Source of the DNA: an uncultured Rikenellaceae bacterium
Lineage (GTDB): Bacteria > Bacteroidota > Bacteroidia > Bacteroidales > VadinHA17
DNA length: 64,000 bases
Direction: 5' to 3'
NCBI GenBank assembly: GCA_963818525.1
Contig: CAWFSO010000005.1
Location: 787,087 to 851,086, forward strand
Part shown: positions 8,444 to 20,029 of the stretch, in pieces
Layout: every line of letters starts with the position of its first letter
Numbering within the stretch: position 1 is the stretch's first letter
Translations under genes and position numbers: made by a program
The notes under the pieces: generated by a model
What the model was told of the DNA's origin: nothing
The model's database searches: none
Seen by the model: only the letters and a program-made list of their open reading frames with translations

Positions 8444-10129
8444 ATGAACAGGAATGAATTCAACCGGTTCATTGCCGGCATCGACCTCCCCGGCCCGGGT
8501 GATCTCGAGGGGCTTCGGGAGCTGACGGCCCTCTTCCCGTGGTTCCATTCCGCCCACCTGATACTGCTCAGGGGGCTGAAGGAGAATTCTGATATAAGGT
8601 TTGATTCCCAGCTTAAGGCGTCGGCTCTCTCGGTGAGTGACAGGGAGGTGCTTTATCACTACCTGTTCTCTGCTCCGCCGGAAGCTGCTGTTGGTAAGCT
8701 GTTACTGCTGAATCTGTTACTGCTGAATCTGATTCTGCTGTGCCGCAGGATGTTGTTGCGGCGGCATCTGAAGTTGAGGAGCGGGTGGCGGAATCAGTGA
8801 CTGTTGAGGAGACAGTGTCAGTGCAGGAGGAAGTTCCGGAGCAGGTACTTGTTGAGGAGACAACAGGAGTACAGGAAGAATTCCAGGAACCGGTGGCTGT
8901 TGAGGAGACATTGTCAGTGCAGGAGGAAATTCCGGAGCAGGTAGCTGTTGAGGAGACAGTAGTCAGTGCAGGAGGATGTGCCGGAGCACGTACTTGTTGA
9001 GGAGACAACAGGAGTACAGGAAGAATTCCAGGAACCGGTGGCTGTTGAGGAGACAGTGTCAGTGCAGGAGGAAGTTCCGGAACAGGTGGTTCTTGATGCT
9101 ACAACTGCAGTGCAGGATGTGTTACCGGAACAGGTAGCCGAAGAATTACCGGCAGCGGAGGAGTTCCACGCGGAAGAAATAGTTGAAGAAGTCGCCCCTG
9201 AGGAATCACGGACGGATGAAATATTTGAAAAAGCCGCCTCTGAGGAGTCACGGACGGAAGAATTAGTTGAAGAGACAGTACAGCCTGAACCTTCGGGTGT
9301 ACTGGAAACCATTCCAGTAGAGCAGACGTATGTCGAAGAGTCTGCTCCCGAAACTGAGGCCGCTGTTGAAGAGCTCCTGACAGAGACACTCCCGGAGCCC
9401 GAAGTGCCAGCAGAGTCGAACCTTGAACTCCGTACAAGGGAAGAGCTTGTTGCAGAGATAGAAGCGCGACTCATGGAGCTGGAGTCAGAGCGCCATGTGA
9501 TCAGCGCCGGGGATACAACGGAAGAAAAACTGGCGGAAGAATTTCATGCTATAACCGAACCGCACGGGCAGGATGATCTTGAATCAGCATCTCCGGTAGC
9601 AGCCGAATCAGAAACCCTCATCGAGTCCGATACTCAGGCCGAAGCCGATACCCGGGCCGAAACCGAACCCCGGGTCGAAATCGAAGCAAATGCCGAACCC
9701 GTAACCCAGGCTGAAACCGTAACCGAACCCGCGATCGAAATCGAAGTTGAAGCCGAGGCCGAGGCTGGAACCCAGGCTGAACAGGAACCTGAACCCGCGG
9801 AGCTGCTGGAACTCATCACCGACATTAACGAAGAGGAGCCGGAACCTGAGAAGCAACTTTCACCCTCTGACCTGATTGACAGGTTCATAAAGGTCAGTCC
9901 AACCATTGAGAGGATGACACCCAGGGAGGTGCATCCGGTCAGAGACCTGTCGGAACAGAGTCACGATGAGCCAGGTAAATTCATAACGGAAACACTGGCA
10001 AAGATTTACGTCACCCAGGGCTACTATTCGAAGGCAATAAATATTTATGAAAAACTCTCTTTGCAATATCCGGAAAAAAGTGCTTACTTTGCGAGCCGTA
10101 TTGAAAAGATTAAGGACTTAATAAAATAA
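8444..10129 (+). pseudogene. acidic tandem-repeat protein with a conserved N-terminus and TPR-like C-terminal tail, interrupted by two compensating frameshifts
   Basis: Three ORF-track pieces (8444..8800 frame 2, 8740..9000 frame 1, 8966..10129 frame 2) read as one protein if one base is added near 8697-8699 and one base (about 8961) is removed. The C-terminus is ETLAKIYVTQGYYSKAINIYEKLSLQYPEKSAYFASRIEKIKDLIK. Confidence 0.7.
8803..9091 (+). repeat. six tandem 48-nt units (alternating VEETVSVQEEVPEQVL and VEETTGVQEEFQEPVA types) inside the acidic protein gene
   Basis: GTTGAGGAG unit starts are at 8803, 8851, 8899, 8947, 8996 and 9044. The 8947 unit is 49 nt long and carries the extra base. 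Confidence 0.85.
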
Positions 10130-10136
10130 TACAACA

Positions 10137-10490
10137 ATGGGCATCTATATTTTCATTTCAATCCTGGTCATCATCGCATGCATCCTTGCAATAATGGTGG
10201 TACTTGTTCAGAACTCCAAGGGAGGGGGACTGGCAGCCAACTTCACCTCCGCCGGCCAGTCGATGGGCGTTCGCAAGACTGCTGATTTCCTCGAGAAATC
10301 GACCTGGACACTCGGAGCAGCAATCTTTGTTCTCTGCCTCGCAGCAACCGCAGCAATACCAAGGGGTCAGGGCCAGAAGGAATCAGTCATCAAGCAGTCA
10401 ATTGAAAGAGCACAGGATCCCAACGCCATCCCCATGCTGCCCACCCAGATCCCCACGGAAGAACAGCAGCCTGACGGCAATAACCAGTAA
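10137..10490 (+). CDS. secG: preprotein translocase subunit SecG
   Basis: 117 aa. MGIYIFISILVIIACILAIMVVLVQNSKGGGLAANF is the typical SecG N-terminus, followed by a second TM segment. Confidence 0.85.
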   Translation: MGIYIFISILVIIACILAIMVVLVQNSKGGGLAANFTSAGQSMGVRKTADFLEKSTWTLGAAIFVLCLAATAAIPRGQGQKESVIKQSIERAQDPNAIPMLPTQIPTEEQQPDGNNQ

Positions 10491-10512
10491 GATGACATTT
10501 AAGAGATATCGA

Positions 10513-10546
10513 AGTGTCAGTTTGTCATGAACTGACACTTTTTTTT
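10513..10546 (+). terminator. rho-independent terminator after secG
   Basis: Perfect 10-bp stem AGTGTCAGTT/AACTGACACT with a 7-nt loop, followed by TTTTTTT. Confidence 0.85.
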
Positions 10547-10619
10547 GCCACTTTTCATTTGGCACGGATTATGAAATCCTGAAGCAGGAAAATATTGTTT
10601 AACTATAAAACTAATAGCA

Positions 10620-10898
10620 ATGGCACAATTAAAAGGAAAAGTGCTGGCAGGTAAAGTTCTTATCAAGCCTCAGGAGGCAGAAGAGAAGACCGCCAGCGGT
10701 ATTATTATCCCCGATTCGGCAAAGGAGAAACCACGCGCAGGTACTGTAGTTCTTGTTGGAGCTGCAAAGAAGGATGAAGCGATGGAACTCAAAAAGGGAG
10801 ACGTTGTTCTCTATGGAAAATACTCCGGTCAGGAGCTGAGCATCGACGGCACAGACTATCTCCTCCTCTCACAGTCTGATGTTCTCTATATCTCGTAA
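10620..10898 (+). CDS. groES: co-chaperonin GroES
   Basis: 92 aa, KPQEAEEKTASGIIIPDSAKEKP..., immediately upstream of groL. Confidence 0.95.
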   Translation: MAQLKGKVLAGKVLIKPQEAEEKTASGIIIPDSAKEKPRAGTVVLVGAAKKDEAMELKKGDVVLYGKYSGQELSIDGTDYLLLSQSDVLYIS

Positions 10899-10907
10899 TA
10901 ACCTTAA

Positions 10908-12554
<1,647 letters not shown>

Positions 12555-12582
12555 GAGAAAGCTTTTAATATAATAGAAAAAG

Positions 12583-12612
12583 GCTGCTTCAGAAATGGAG
12601 CAGCTTTTTTTT
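12583..12612 (+). terminator. rho-independent terminator after groL
   Basis: 8-bp stem GCTGCTTC/GGAGCAGC (one G-U pair) with a 6-nt loop, followed by TTTTTTTT. Confidence 0.8.
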
Positions 12613-12707
12613 AGTCTGTAAAGTCCGTAAAGTCGAAAGTCCATAAAGTCCGCAGTCGGCAGAAAGAAATAATTCTTAATTCTTAATTTTTCATTCTTAA
12701 TTCCTTC
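12613..12707. repeat. short-period degenerate tandem arrays (AGTCnnnAA / AGTCnnC units, then AATTCTT-type heptamers)
   Basis: AGTCTGTAA AGTCCGTAA AGTCGAA AGTCCATAA AGTCCGC AGTCGGC at 12613-12662, then AATTCTT AATTCTT AATTTTTC ATTCTTA ATTCCTT at 12671-12707. Confidence 0.7.
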
Positions 12708-12718
12708 ATCTTTGCATC

Positions 12719-14122
12719 ATGGTTGATCCGAAGCAGGTACACGACCTTGAGCACGAGAACATAGGCAAGCTGATGTGGAAGTATTTCCTTCCCGCATTTG
12801 CCAGTATGATGGCAAGCGTCCTCTATAACATCGTTGACCGTATCTATATTGGGCAGGGTGTTGATGCGCTTGCGCTCTCCGGACTGACCGTGGTCTTCCC
12901 GCTGATGATCATCATCATGGCATTCGGGATGCTGGTGGGCATTGGATCGGCCGTACGCATATCGCTGAGCCTCGGTGAAAAAGATTATGACAGGGCGAAC
13001 CGGATACTGGGAAACGCTCTGTTCCTCGCCATAACCACGGGACTGGTTCTGATGATCACCGGGTTTATCGTGAAAGACAAGGTACTGATGATATTTGGTG
13101 CTGGCCCGGAGACCCTCGGATATGCATCAGACTATTTCAATATAATACTGGCAGGGATACCCTTTTCCATTACCGGCTACGCTCTGAACAACATCATCAG
13201 GGCGGAAGGAAACCCGCGCATAGCCATGTACTCCATCTTCATCAGCGCCGGGCTGAATATAATCCTTGACCCGATTTTCATTTTCGGCCTCGATATGGGT
13301 GTGAAGGGCGCAGCACTTGCAACCATCATTTCTCAGTTGGTACTTATGGTTTGGGTGCTGTTACACTTCCGCAGCAGTAAAAGTGTTGCCAGGCTGTCAC
13401 TGTCGAATATTTACCCTGACTCGTATATAATAAAGTATATCGTATCCATTGGTTTCGCCCCGTTTGCCATGAACATGGCAGCCAGTGTGATAATGGCAGT
13501 AATGAACACCCAGTTCATCAGGTACGGGGGAGACATCTCCGTGGGCGCCCTGGGTATTGTCAACAGCGCCACCATGATGCTGGTCATTACAATTATATCG
13601 ATAAACATGGCCACTCAGCCCATCATAGGATTCAACTATGGCGCCGGACTCAACTGCCGGGTAAAGGAGGCAGTCATGAAGGCCATTAAGTATGCGATAC
13701 TCGTGGCTGCCGGAGGATGGCTTATATGCATGCTTATTCCCGGGGTGGTTATAAGCATGTTCAACTCTGACAATATGGAACTCAGAACAGCAGGTGTGGT
13801 TGGGCTTCGTATATACGCTGCAGTTTTGCCTGTTGTGGGTTTCCAGATAATCGCATCCACCTACTTTCAGGCTATCGGGAAGGCAAAGCTGGCAACATTT
13901 CTCTCATTGCTGAGACAGATTATTGTCCTGCTGCCACTGATCCTTATTCTTCCGGGCTTCTGGGGAGTAAACGGAGTATGGATAGCCAACCCGGTATCGG
14001 ATATGGTGGCGGCGGTGGTCACCTACTTCTTTTTCCGCAGGGAGGTGATGAAACTCAAATGCGACATGCCGGTGACGGACCGTATCAGTACTGTCATACA
14101 GACTCCCCTGGAGGGTTACTGA
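12719..14122 (+). CDS. MATE-family efflux transporter
   Basis: 467 aa, about 12 predicted TM segments, with the N-terminal pattern typical of MATE proteins (LWKYFLPAFASMMASVLYNIVDRIYIGQGVD). Confidence 0.8.
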   Translation: MVDPKQVHDLEHENIGKLMWKYFLPAFASMMASVLYNIVDRIYIGQGVDALALSGLTVVFPLMIIIMAFGMLVGIGSAVRISLSLGEKDYDRANRILGNALFLAITTGLVLMITGFIVKDKVLMIFGAGPETLGYASDYFNIILAGIPFSITGYALNNIIRAEGNPRIAMYSIFISAGLNIILDPIFIFGLDMGVKGAALATIISQLVLMVWVLLHFRSSKSVARLSLSNIYPDSYIIKYIVSIGFAPFAMNMAASVIMAVMNTQFIRYGGDISVGALGIVNSATMMLVITIISINMATQPIIGFNYGAGLNCRVKEAVMKAIKYAILVAAGGWLICMLIPGVVISMFNSDNMELRTAGVVGLRIYAAVLPVVGFQIIASTYFQAIGKAKLATFLSLLRQIIVLLPLILILPGFWGVNGVWIANPVSDMVAAVVTYFFFRREVMKLKCDMPVTDRISTVIQTPLEGY

Positions 14123-15594
14123 CCCCTGTCTCTCTTTCTCTTCAATGCCACCAGGAACAGAGCCATAGCTATAGCCGCACCTGCCCCTGCTATGGCCACC
14201 GAGATCCTGAGTGGCAAGGCCAGTCCGCCTCCTGAATGCGGTGCTGCAAGGATATAGGTGATACACACTGCGGTGAGGAAGAGAGCCGGTATTGACATCA
14301 TAAGATGGTTCTTCCCCCTGAGGGCCAGGTACATGGCGATGGTCCAGCAGGTGATGGCAGCCAGGGTCTGGTTTGAGATACCCACAAACTTCCAGACACG
14401 TGCAAATTCATCCTTCATCACGAAGGTGAGGATAAAGGCAACGATGAATACCGGGACTACTATCAGCAAACGGGAGGAGATCTTTTTCTGGGGCATATTC
14501 AGCATGTCGGCTATGGTCAGCCTGGCGCTTCTGAATGCCGTATCTCCTGAGGTGACGGGGCAGGCCACGACACCTATTATGGCTATGACAGCACCAGTCT
14601 TTCCGAGCCACGACCTGCATATCTCATTCACCAGCCAGGCAGGGTCAGGCCTGATGCCAGCGTTGCCCGCAAGGGGATGGGTTAGGGTGTAGTTGAGTCC
14701 ATGGACATCACCCATATAGTTCATTGCTGCTGTGGCCCAGATTATTGCCACAATTCCTTCTGCGATCATCGCACCGTAGAATATCTGCCTTCCCTGTTTC
14801 TCCGACTTCAGGCACCTGGCCATCAGTGGCGACTGGGTGGCATGGAAACCCGAGATGGCTCCGCAGGAGACCACGATGAAAAGAAAGGGGAAAATGGGAT
14901 TTTTTGCGATGTCAGGCTGGAAGTTCTTCATCGTGGCCGGGGTGAGCTCCATTAGCTCGAGGGATCCTCCGGCCCAGTTCACGATGATGCTTATGAGAAT
15001 ACCTGAAGCCATGAAGATAAGCGCCCCTCCGAAAAAGGGATAGAGGTAACCGATGATCTTGTCAATTGGCAGGAGAGTGGCAAGAATATAATAAAGGAAG
15101 ATCAGTCCCAGCCAGAATGGGAGGCTGAATCCTGACATGGTATAAAGCAGCTTGGCTGGTCCGCTCACGAACGCCACACCGACGAATATAAGCAGGAACA
15201 GGGTAAAGATCCTGAGGAAACCTCTCATGTTTTTGCCCAGGTATGTACCAACCAGCTCAGGCAGGCTGGCGCCTCCGTGGCGTACTGACAGCATGCCTCC
15301 GAAATAGTCATGTGTAGCTCCCATGAAGATGCAGCCCACTACTATCCATATATACACCACCGGTCCGTACATCGCTCCCAGTATGGCCCCGAAGATCGGT
15401 CCCAGGCCGGCTATGTTCAGGAACTGGATCATGAATACACGCCAGCCCTTCATGGGTACATAGTCAATGCCGTCATTTTTTGTGAAAGCGGGGGTCGTCC
15501 GCGACGGGTCCATCCCGAAAAATCGCTCAGCCACTTTTCCGTAGATAAAAAATCCCAGGATGAGCAGAGTGACCGATACTGCCAGGGTTATCAT
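14116..15594 (-). CDS. cstA: carbon starvation protein A family transporter
   Basis: 492 aa. The CstA-like N-terminus is MITLAVSVTLLILGFFIYGKVAERFFG...FMIQFLNIAGLGPIFGAILGAMYGP. Confidence 0.85.
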   Translation of the reverse strand: MITLAVSVTLLILGFFIYGKVAERFFGMDPSRTTPAFTKNDGIDYVPMKGWRVFMIQFLNIAGLGPIFGAILGAMYGPVVYIWIVVGCIFMGATHDYFGGMLSVRHGGASLPELVGTYLGKNMRGFLRIFTLFLLIFVGVAFVSGPAKLLYTMSGFSLPFWLGLIFLYYILATLLPIDKIIGYLYPFFGGALIFMASGILISIIVNWAGGSLELMELTPATMKNFQPDIAKNPIFPFLFIVVSCGAISGFHATQSPLMARCLKSEKQGRQIFYGAMIAEGIVAIIWATAAMNYMGDVHGLNYTLTHPLAGNAGIRPDPAWLVNEICRSWLGKTGAVIAIIGVVACPVTSGDTAFRSARLTIADMLNMPQKKISSRLLIVVPVFIVAFILTFVMKDEFARVWKFVGISNQTLAAITCWTIAMYLALRGKNHLMMSIPALFLTAVCITYILAAPHSGGGLALPLRISVAIAGAGAAIAMALFLVALKRKRDRGQ

Positions 15595-15685
15595 AGGTTC
15601 CTGTTTAGGTAATTTGCTAAATTAAATAAAATGGAGCATAGTACGAGTGATAAAATGACTGCAGTAAAGAAAGGGTCAAATTGTA

Positions 15686-15693
15686 TATATTTG
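15686..15693 (+). promoter_or_regulatory. -7 box (TATATTTG) upstream of lepA
   Basis: Perfect TAnnTTTG 27 nt upstream of the lepA ATG at 15720. Confidence 0.4.
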
Positions 15694-15719
15694 CACCTGA
15701 ATTGAACCGGTCCCCACTG

Positions 15720-17507
15720 ATGGACAACATACGCAACTTCTGCATCATAGCACACATAGATCATGGCAAGAGCACTCTTGCCGACAGGCTTCTTGAAAAG
15801 ACGGGAACCATTAGTCCGCGTGAGTTTCAGGATCAGATGCTTGATGACATGGATCTTGAGAGGGAGAGGGGTATCACAATAAAGAGTCATGCCATCCAGA
15901 TGGATTATGAGCATGAGGGGAAGCGCTATTATCTCAACCTCATTGACACGCCGGGCCATGTAGATTTCTCTTATGAAGTCTCCCGTTCCATAGCTGCCTG
16001 TGAGGGAGCGCTGCTGGTGGTTGACGCCACACAGGGCATTCAGGCGCAGACCATTTCCAACCTCTATATGGCCATCGAACATGGTCTTGAAATTATCCCG
16101 GTACTTAACAAAATGGATTCCCTGAGCGCCATGCCCGAGGAGGTGAAGGACCAGATAGTTGACCTGATAGGCTGCAGCCGTAATGATATCATTGAAGCGA
16201 GTGCCCGCACAGGTATGGGCGTTGACCGCATCATGGATGAGATAATCTCAAAGATACCTCCTCCGAAGGGTGACCCTGATGCACCTCTGCAGGCCCTGAT
16301 CTTTGATTCGGTGTTTAATTCCTTCAGGGGCATCATAGCCTATTTCAAGATATCCCACGGCACCATCAGGACTCACGACATGGTGAAATTCGTAAATGCC
16401 GGGAGTGAATATGATGCCGACGAAATAGGCGTGCTGAAGATCAAGCGCGAGCCCCGCCCGGTGCTCAGCGCCGGAGATGTGGGATACATAATATCCGGTA
16501 TAAAGAATTCAGCTGAGGTTAAGGTGGGAGATACCATCACCCATGTTGCCCGCCCCTGCCAGCTGGCCATTGAAGGATTTGCCGAGGTGAAGCCTATGGT
16601 ATTTGCAGGGATCTATCCCGTTGATGCCGATGATTACGAGGATCTGCGTGCCTCAATAGAGAAGCTGCAGCTTAACGATGCCTCCCTGACCTTCGTCCCG
16701 GAATCGTCAGCAGCCCTCGGCTTCGGTTTCCGGTGCGGCTTTCTCGGACTCCTTCACATGGAGATCATCCAGGAGCGCCTTGACAGGGAGTTCGACATGG
16801 ATGTCATAACCACAGTGCCCAACGTCTCATTCCGGGTGCTGACGACCAGGGGCGACGTCATTGACGTCCATAATCCATCAGGAATGCCTCCCGTCACTGC
16901 CATAGACGAGATCGAAGAACCCTATATTCATGCGCAGATAATCTCCAAATCGGAATACCTGGGGCCGATACTCAACCTCTGCATAGACAAGCGGGGCACA
17001 CTGAAGAACCAGGTATACCTCACGAGTGACAGGGTGGAGGTTACCTTCGACATGCCTCTCTCTGAAATAGTCTTTGACTTCTATGACAAGCTGAAGAGCA
17101 TCTCCAAGGGTTACGCGTCTTTTGATTATCATATCACTGACTATAAGAAGGCTGATCTCGTCAGGCTTGATATACTTCTTAACGGGGAGATGGTTGATGC
17201 ACTATCAACTCTTATCCACCGTGGCCACGCCTATGACTTTGGCCGCAGGATGTGTGAGAAACTTCGGGAGCTGATACCGCGTCAGCAGTTTGACATTGCC
17301 ATCCAGGCAGCCATCGGAGCAAAGATTATTGCACGCGAGACAGTTAAGGCAGTGCGCAAGGACGTAACGGCGAAATGCTACGGAGGCGACATCACCCGCA
17401 AGAGGAAACTGCTTGAGAAACAGAAGAAGGGGAAGAAGAGAATGCGTCAGATAGGTAACGTGGAGGTGCCGCAGCAGGCATTCCTGGCCGTGCTCAAGCT
17501 TGACTGA
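15720..17507 (+). CDS. lepA: translation elongation factor 4 (LepA)
   Basis: [25 protein letters not shown]-domain, full-length LepA. The start is taken at ATG 15720 rather than the TTG at 15681. Confidence 0.95.
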   Translation: MDNIRNFCIIAHIDHGKSTLADRLLEKTGTISPREFQDQMLDDMDLERERGITIKSHAIQMDYEHEGKRYYLNLIDTPGHVDFSYEVSRSIAACEGALLVVDATQGIQAQTISNLYMAIEHGLEIIPVLNKMDSLSAMPEEVKDQIVDLIGCSRNDIIEASARTGMGVDRIMDEIISKIPPPKGDPDAPLQALIFDSVFNSFRGIIAYFKISHGTIRTHDMVKFVNAGSEYDADEIGVLKIKREPRPVLSAGDVGYIISGIKNSAEVKVGDTITHVARPCQLAIEGFAEVKPMVFAGIYPVDADDYEDLRASIEKLQLNDASLTFVPESSAALGFGFRCGFLGLLHMEIIQERLDREFDMDVITTVPNVSFRVLTTRGDVIDVHNPSGMPPVTAIDEIEEPYIHAQIISKSEYLGPILNLCIDKRGTLKNQVYLTSDRVEVTFDMPLSEIVFDFYDKLKSISKGYASFDYHITDYKKADLVRLDILLNGEMVDALSTLIHRGHAYDFGRRMCEKLRELIPRQQFDIAIQAAIGAKIIARETVKAVRKDVTAKCYGGDITRKRKLLEKQKKGKKRMRQIGNVEVPQQAFLAVLKLD

Positions 17508-17626
17508 CGTGAAAAAAAAAGCAGCGGAGTGTTGGAAATAATGAATTTATGTTAACTTAGCGCTCGTTGGGCCTTGACGGGAAGAATAATTACCAAATAG
17601 AAAGACCCTGAAACTAACCTAAACTT

Positions 17627-17663
17627 ATATCCCGCGCGGAATTTTCGCGCGGGATATTTTTTT
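17627..17663 (+). terminator. rho-independent terminator after lepA (also faces the converging response-regulator gene)
   Basis: Perfect 12-bp stem ATATCCCGCGCG/CGCGCGGGATAT with a 7-nt loop, followed by TTTTTTT. Confidence 0.85.
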
Positions 17664-18349
17664 CAGCACAATAGCTTGTAACCCTTACCGTGAATGTTGA
17701 GGATCTCTACCTTCTCATCCCTGTTCAGATACTTGCGGAGCTTCGTAATATAAACATCCATGCTCCTTGCATTGAAGTAGTTATCATCAATCCATATTGA
17801 TTTGAGGGCGAAGTTTCTTTCGAGAACCTCATTCCGGTGGCGGCACAGCAGTTCAAGCAGTTCCGATTCCTTGGTGGTGAGCTTGCGCGACTGGTCCTGG
17901 TAGGTGAGGAGCTGCTTTGACACGTCAAAGGTGAACTTGCCGATTGTGTATGTATCTGCAGGAGCGTCAGTGGTTCGCTTTGACGACCTGCGAAGTATTG
18001 CTTCGATGCGGTAGACCAGCTCCTCCATCGAAAAGGGTTTGGTGAGATAATCGTCGGCCCCTGATTTGAACCCCTCAATAACATCCTGCTTAAGGTTCTT
18101 TGCAGTCAGGAAAATAATAGGGATATGCGGGTCGATGGCCCTGATCTCCCTTGCAACAGTGAAGCCGTCTACCTCGGGCATCATCACGTCAAGAAGGCAC
18201 AGGTGGAATTTCTCTTTTCTGAAGACCTTCATAGCCTGTGCTCCGTCAGTCACCAGGGTGGCTTCATACTCCTTGGCGCCGAGGTAGTTCTTAAGCAGCA
18301 TCCCCAGATTGGGATCGTCCTCTGCAAGTAAGATGCTTACTTTCTTCAT
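17663..18349 (-). CDS. OmpR/PhoB-family response regulator (receiver plus winged-helix domain)
   Basis: 228 aa. ILLAEDDPNLG...LDVMMPEVDG receiver domain and a C-terminal winged-helix domain (VYITKLRKYL...IHGKGYKL). Confidence 0.9.
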   Translation of the reverse strand: MKKVSILLAEDDPNLGMLLKNYLGAKEYEATLVTDGAQAMKVFRKEKFHLCLLDVMMPEVDGFTVAREIRAIDPHIPIIFLTAKNLKQDVIEGFKSGADDYLTKPFSMEELVYRIEAILRRSSKRTTDAPADTYTIGKFTFDVSKQLLTYQDQSRKLTTKESELLELLCRHRNEVLERNFALKSIWIDDNYFNARSMDVYITKLRKYLNRDEKVEILNIHGKGYKLLC

Positions 18350-19884
18350 TTTGACTGTTCTTTTGGAAGGTGAATGATAATCCTGGTGCCTTTGCTGAGC
18401 TGGCTTTCCACTTTGATGGTTCCGTGGTGCTCTTCAACTATCTTCTTCACATAGCTGAGACCAAGGCCGAATCCCTTGATATTATGAGTATTGCCTGCAG
18501 GTACACGGTAAAACTTCTCAAAAATATGTTTCAGGTGCTCCCTGGGTATTCCTATGCCGTTGTCAGACACTGTGATGACAATACCTTTGTGGTAACCTGC
18601 AGTTGTCACGGTGATCTCAGGTACACGGGTGGTATATTTCAGCGCGTTATCAAGGAGATTGAGGAGTACATTGAAGAGGTTGGGCTCGTCTGCGGTGACC
18701 ATGGGATCATGTGCATCGAGGAACGTTGAAATGACCCCGCCGCGGCCGGTGACCTGGAGCTTGAAAGCATCCACCGCCCTGATTATGATGGCGTGGACAT
18801 CTGTATTCTGCTTGTCAAGCTCAAGTTTGGCTTTTTCGAAGATAGCAGTCTGGAGTACCTTTTCAACAAGCACCTTCAGCCTGTTGCTCTCTTCGTTGAT
18901 TACGGCGGTGAGTCCCGCACTGTTGCGGGCCTCCTCTGGAATGGTCCTGTCAGCGAGCATCTGCGAAGCAAGTGATATTGTGGCAATGGGTGTCTTCAGC
19001 TCATGTGTCATGTTGTTTATGAAGTCACTTCTTATCTCCGAAAACCTCTTCTGGCGGAAGATGACAATGAATGTCCCGGTTGACAGTACTATAAGCAGCA
19101 GGATCAACAGCATTGAAGAGATGGCCATGAAGGCTATCTGGCTGAATTTATACTGCTCTTCTTCAGGGAAATAGATAGTCAGGATATTGTTTCCGGGAAC
19201 CGGGTCATTGGGAAAGAGCTGCCGCAGGTACTTGTTTGCCCCGGAGCTCTCGGTGTAATCCGGCGTGCGGTATATCAACCCACCGTAGTCGCCACGAACT
19301 GCACACTCGTAGTCAAGATGGATGCCGACTGCGTCAAGAGACTTTCTTATGAGGGCGTTGATTTCATCAGAAGAGAAACGGTCTCTCAGTGGCGGTGTCT
19401 CATGCAGTATGCGGCTGACGATATTCTCTATGGAGATGATCTTATTGGTCATGCGCCCTGTGGCCCCGGCTGTGAGACTCTGCTCCCCGGGCTCGGTGTT
19501 CTCAAAAAAGGATTCGGACTCAAGACTCTCTGAATTAAGCAGGTAGGTGCGTCCGGCCCTGTTGATTACCACTGACCTGATGTTGGGATCGAAACCGTAC
19601 TTTTCAAGAAGCCTTGACTCATCCGACTGTGGCGGAAGGCCACTGTCCTGGTCACCGGGGGTGACCTCCTGTGGCTCAGGGTTGATCTCACTGATGATGC
19701 GCTTGTAGGTTTCTGCCCTCTCCAGCTCATTCACCACCTCTTTCAGCGCTTCGTTGACCCCAAACCTGAACTCCTGGTCCTCTGCACTGACAACACTGTT
19801 GATCCACCTTACCTGGATGATCACCAGTGCTGAGATGGCCAGAAAGAAAAAAACGGCCAGCAGAACTATGTACGCACGTTTCAT
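18346..19884 (-). CDS. sensor histidine kinase (HisKA plus HATPase_c), partner of the downstream response regulator
   Basis: 512 aa with two TM segments, the H-box MTHELKTPIATI, and the G-boxes DNGIGI and GFGLGLS. It overlaps the regulator gene by 4 nt. Confidence 0.9.
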   Translation of the reverse strand: MKRAYIVLLAVFFFLAISALVIIQVRWINSVVSAEDQEFRFGVNEALKEVVNELERAETYKRIISEINPEPQEVTPGDQDSGLPPQSDESRLLEKYGFDPNIRSVVINRAGRTYLLNSESLESESFFENTEPGEQSLTAGATGRMTNKIISIENIVSRILHETPPLRDRFSSDEINALIRKSLDAVGIHLDYECAVRGDYGGLIYRTPDYTESSGANKYLRQLFPNDPVPGNNILTIYFPEEEQYKFSQIAFMAISSMLLILLLIVLSTGTFIVIFRQKRFSEIRSDFINNMTHELKTPIATISLASQMLADRTIPEEARNSAGLTAVINEESNRLKVLVEKVLQTAIFEKAKLELDKQNTDVHAIIIRAVDAFKLQVTGRGGVISTFLDAHDPMVTADEPNLFNVLLNLLDNALKYTTRVPEITVTTAGYHKGIVITVSDNGIGIPREHLKHIFEKFYRVPAGNTHNIKGFGLGLSYVKKIVEEHHGTIKVESQLSKGTRIIIHLPKEQSK

Positions 19885-19885
19885 A

Positions 19886-19945
19886 TTTTAACAAAAGTAA
19901 TCTGTTAAAACCGTAATCAATAGGTTTAACGTATTTTAACAGGAT
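19886..19945 (-). promoter_or_regulatory. two-component operon control region: -7 box plus GTTAAA repeats
   Basis: The reverse strand has TACTTTTG (19899-19892) 7 nt before the ATG. There is an inverted repeat TTTTAACA/TGTTAAAA (19886-19893 / 19903-19910), and two TTTAAC hexamers spaced 10 nt apart (19925-19930, 19935-19940). Confidence 0.35.
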
Positions 19946-20029
19946 TTCGAAAAAAACAGGGCACAAAAAAAATTAAAAAATTCTTAAATATCAATAATTT
20001 AACATATCCTTAAGAGAGATGTCCGGAAA

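Noticed and set aside
8613-9474. Ser/Thr-rich antisense ORFs (131 and 186 aa) across the acidic repeat region
   Set aside because: They are reverse-complement images of the GAG/GAA-rich repeats. The sense-strand gene has conserved N- and C-termini.
10560-10575. TGGCACG upstream of groES as a sigma-54 promoter
   Set aside because: The -12 element is ATGA instead of TTGC at the required spacing, so this is probably fortuitous.
14116-14122. 7-nt overlap of the converging MATE and cstA stop regions
   Set aside because: The overlap is real but unremarkable, and no structural or regulatory element can be inferred from it.
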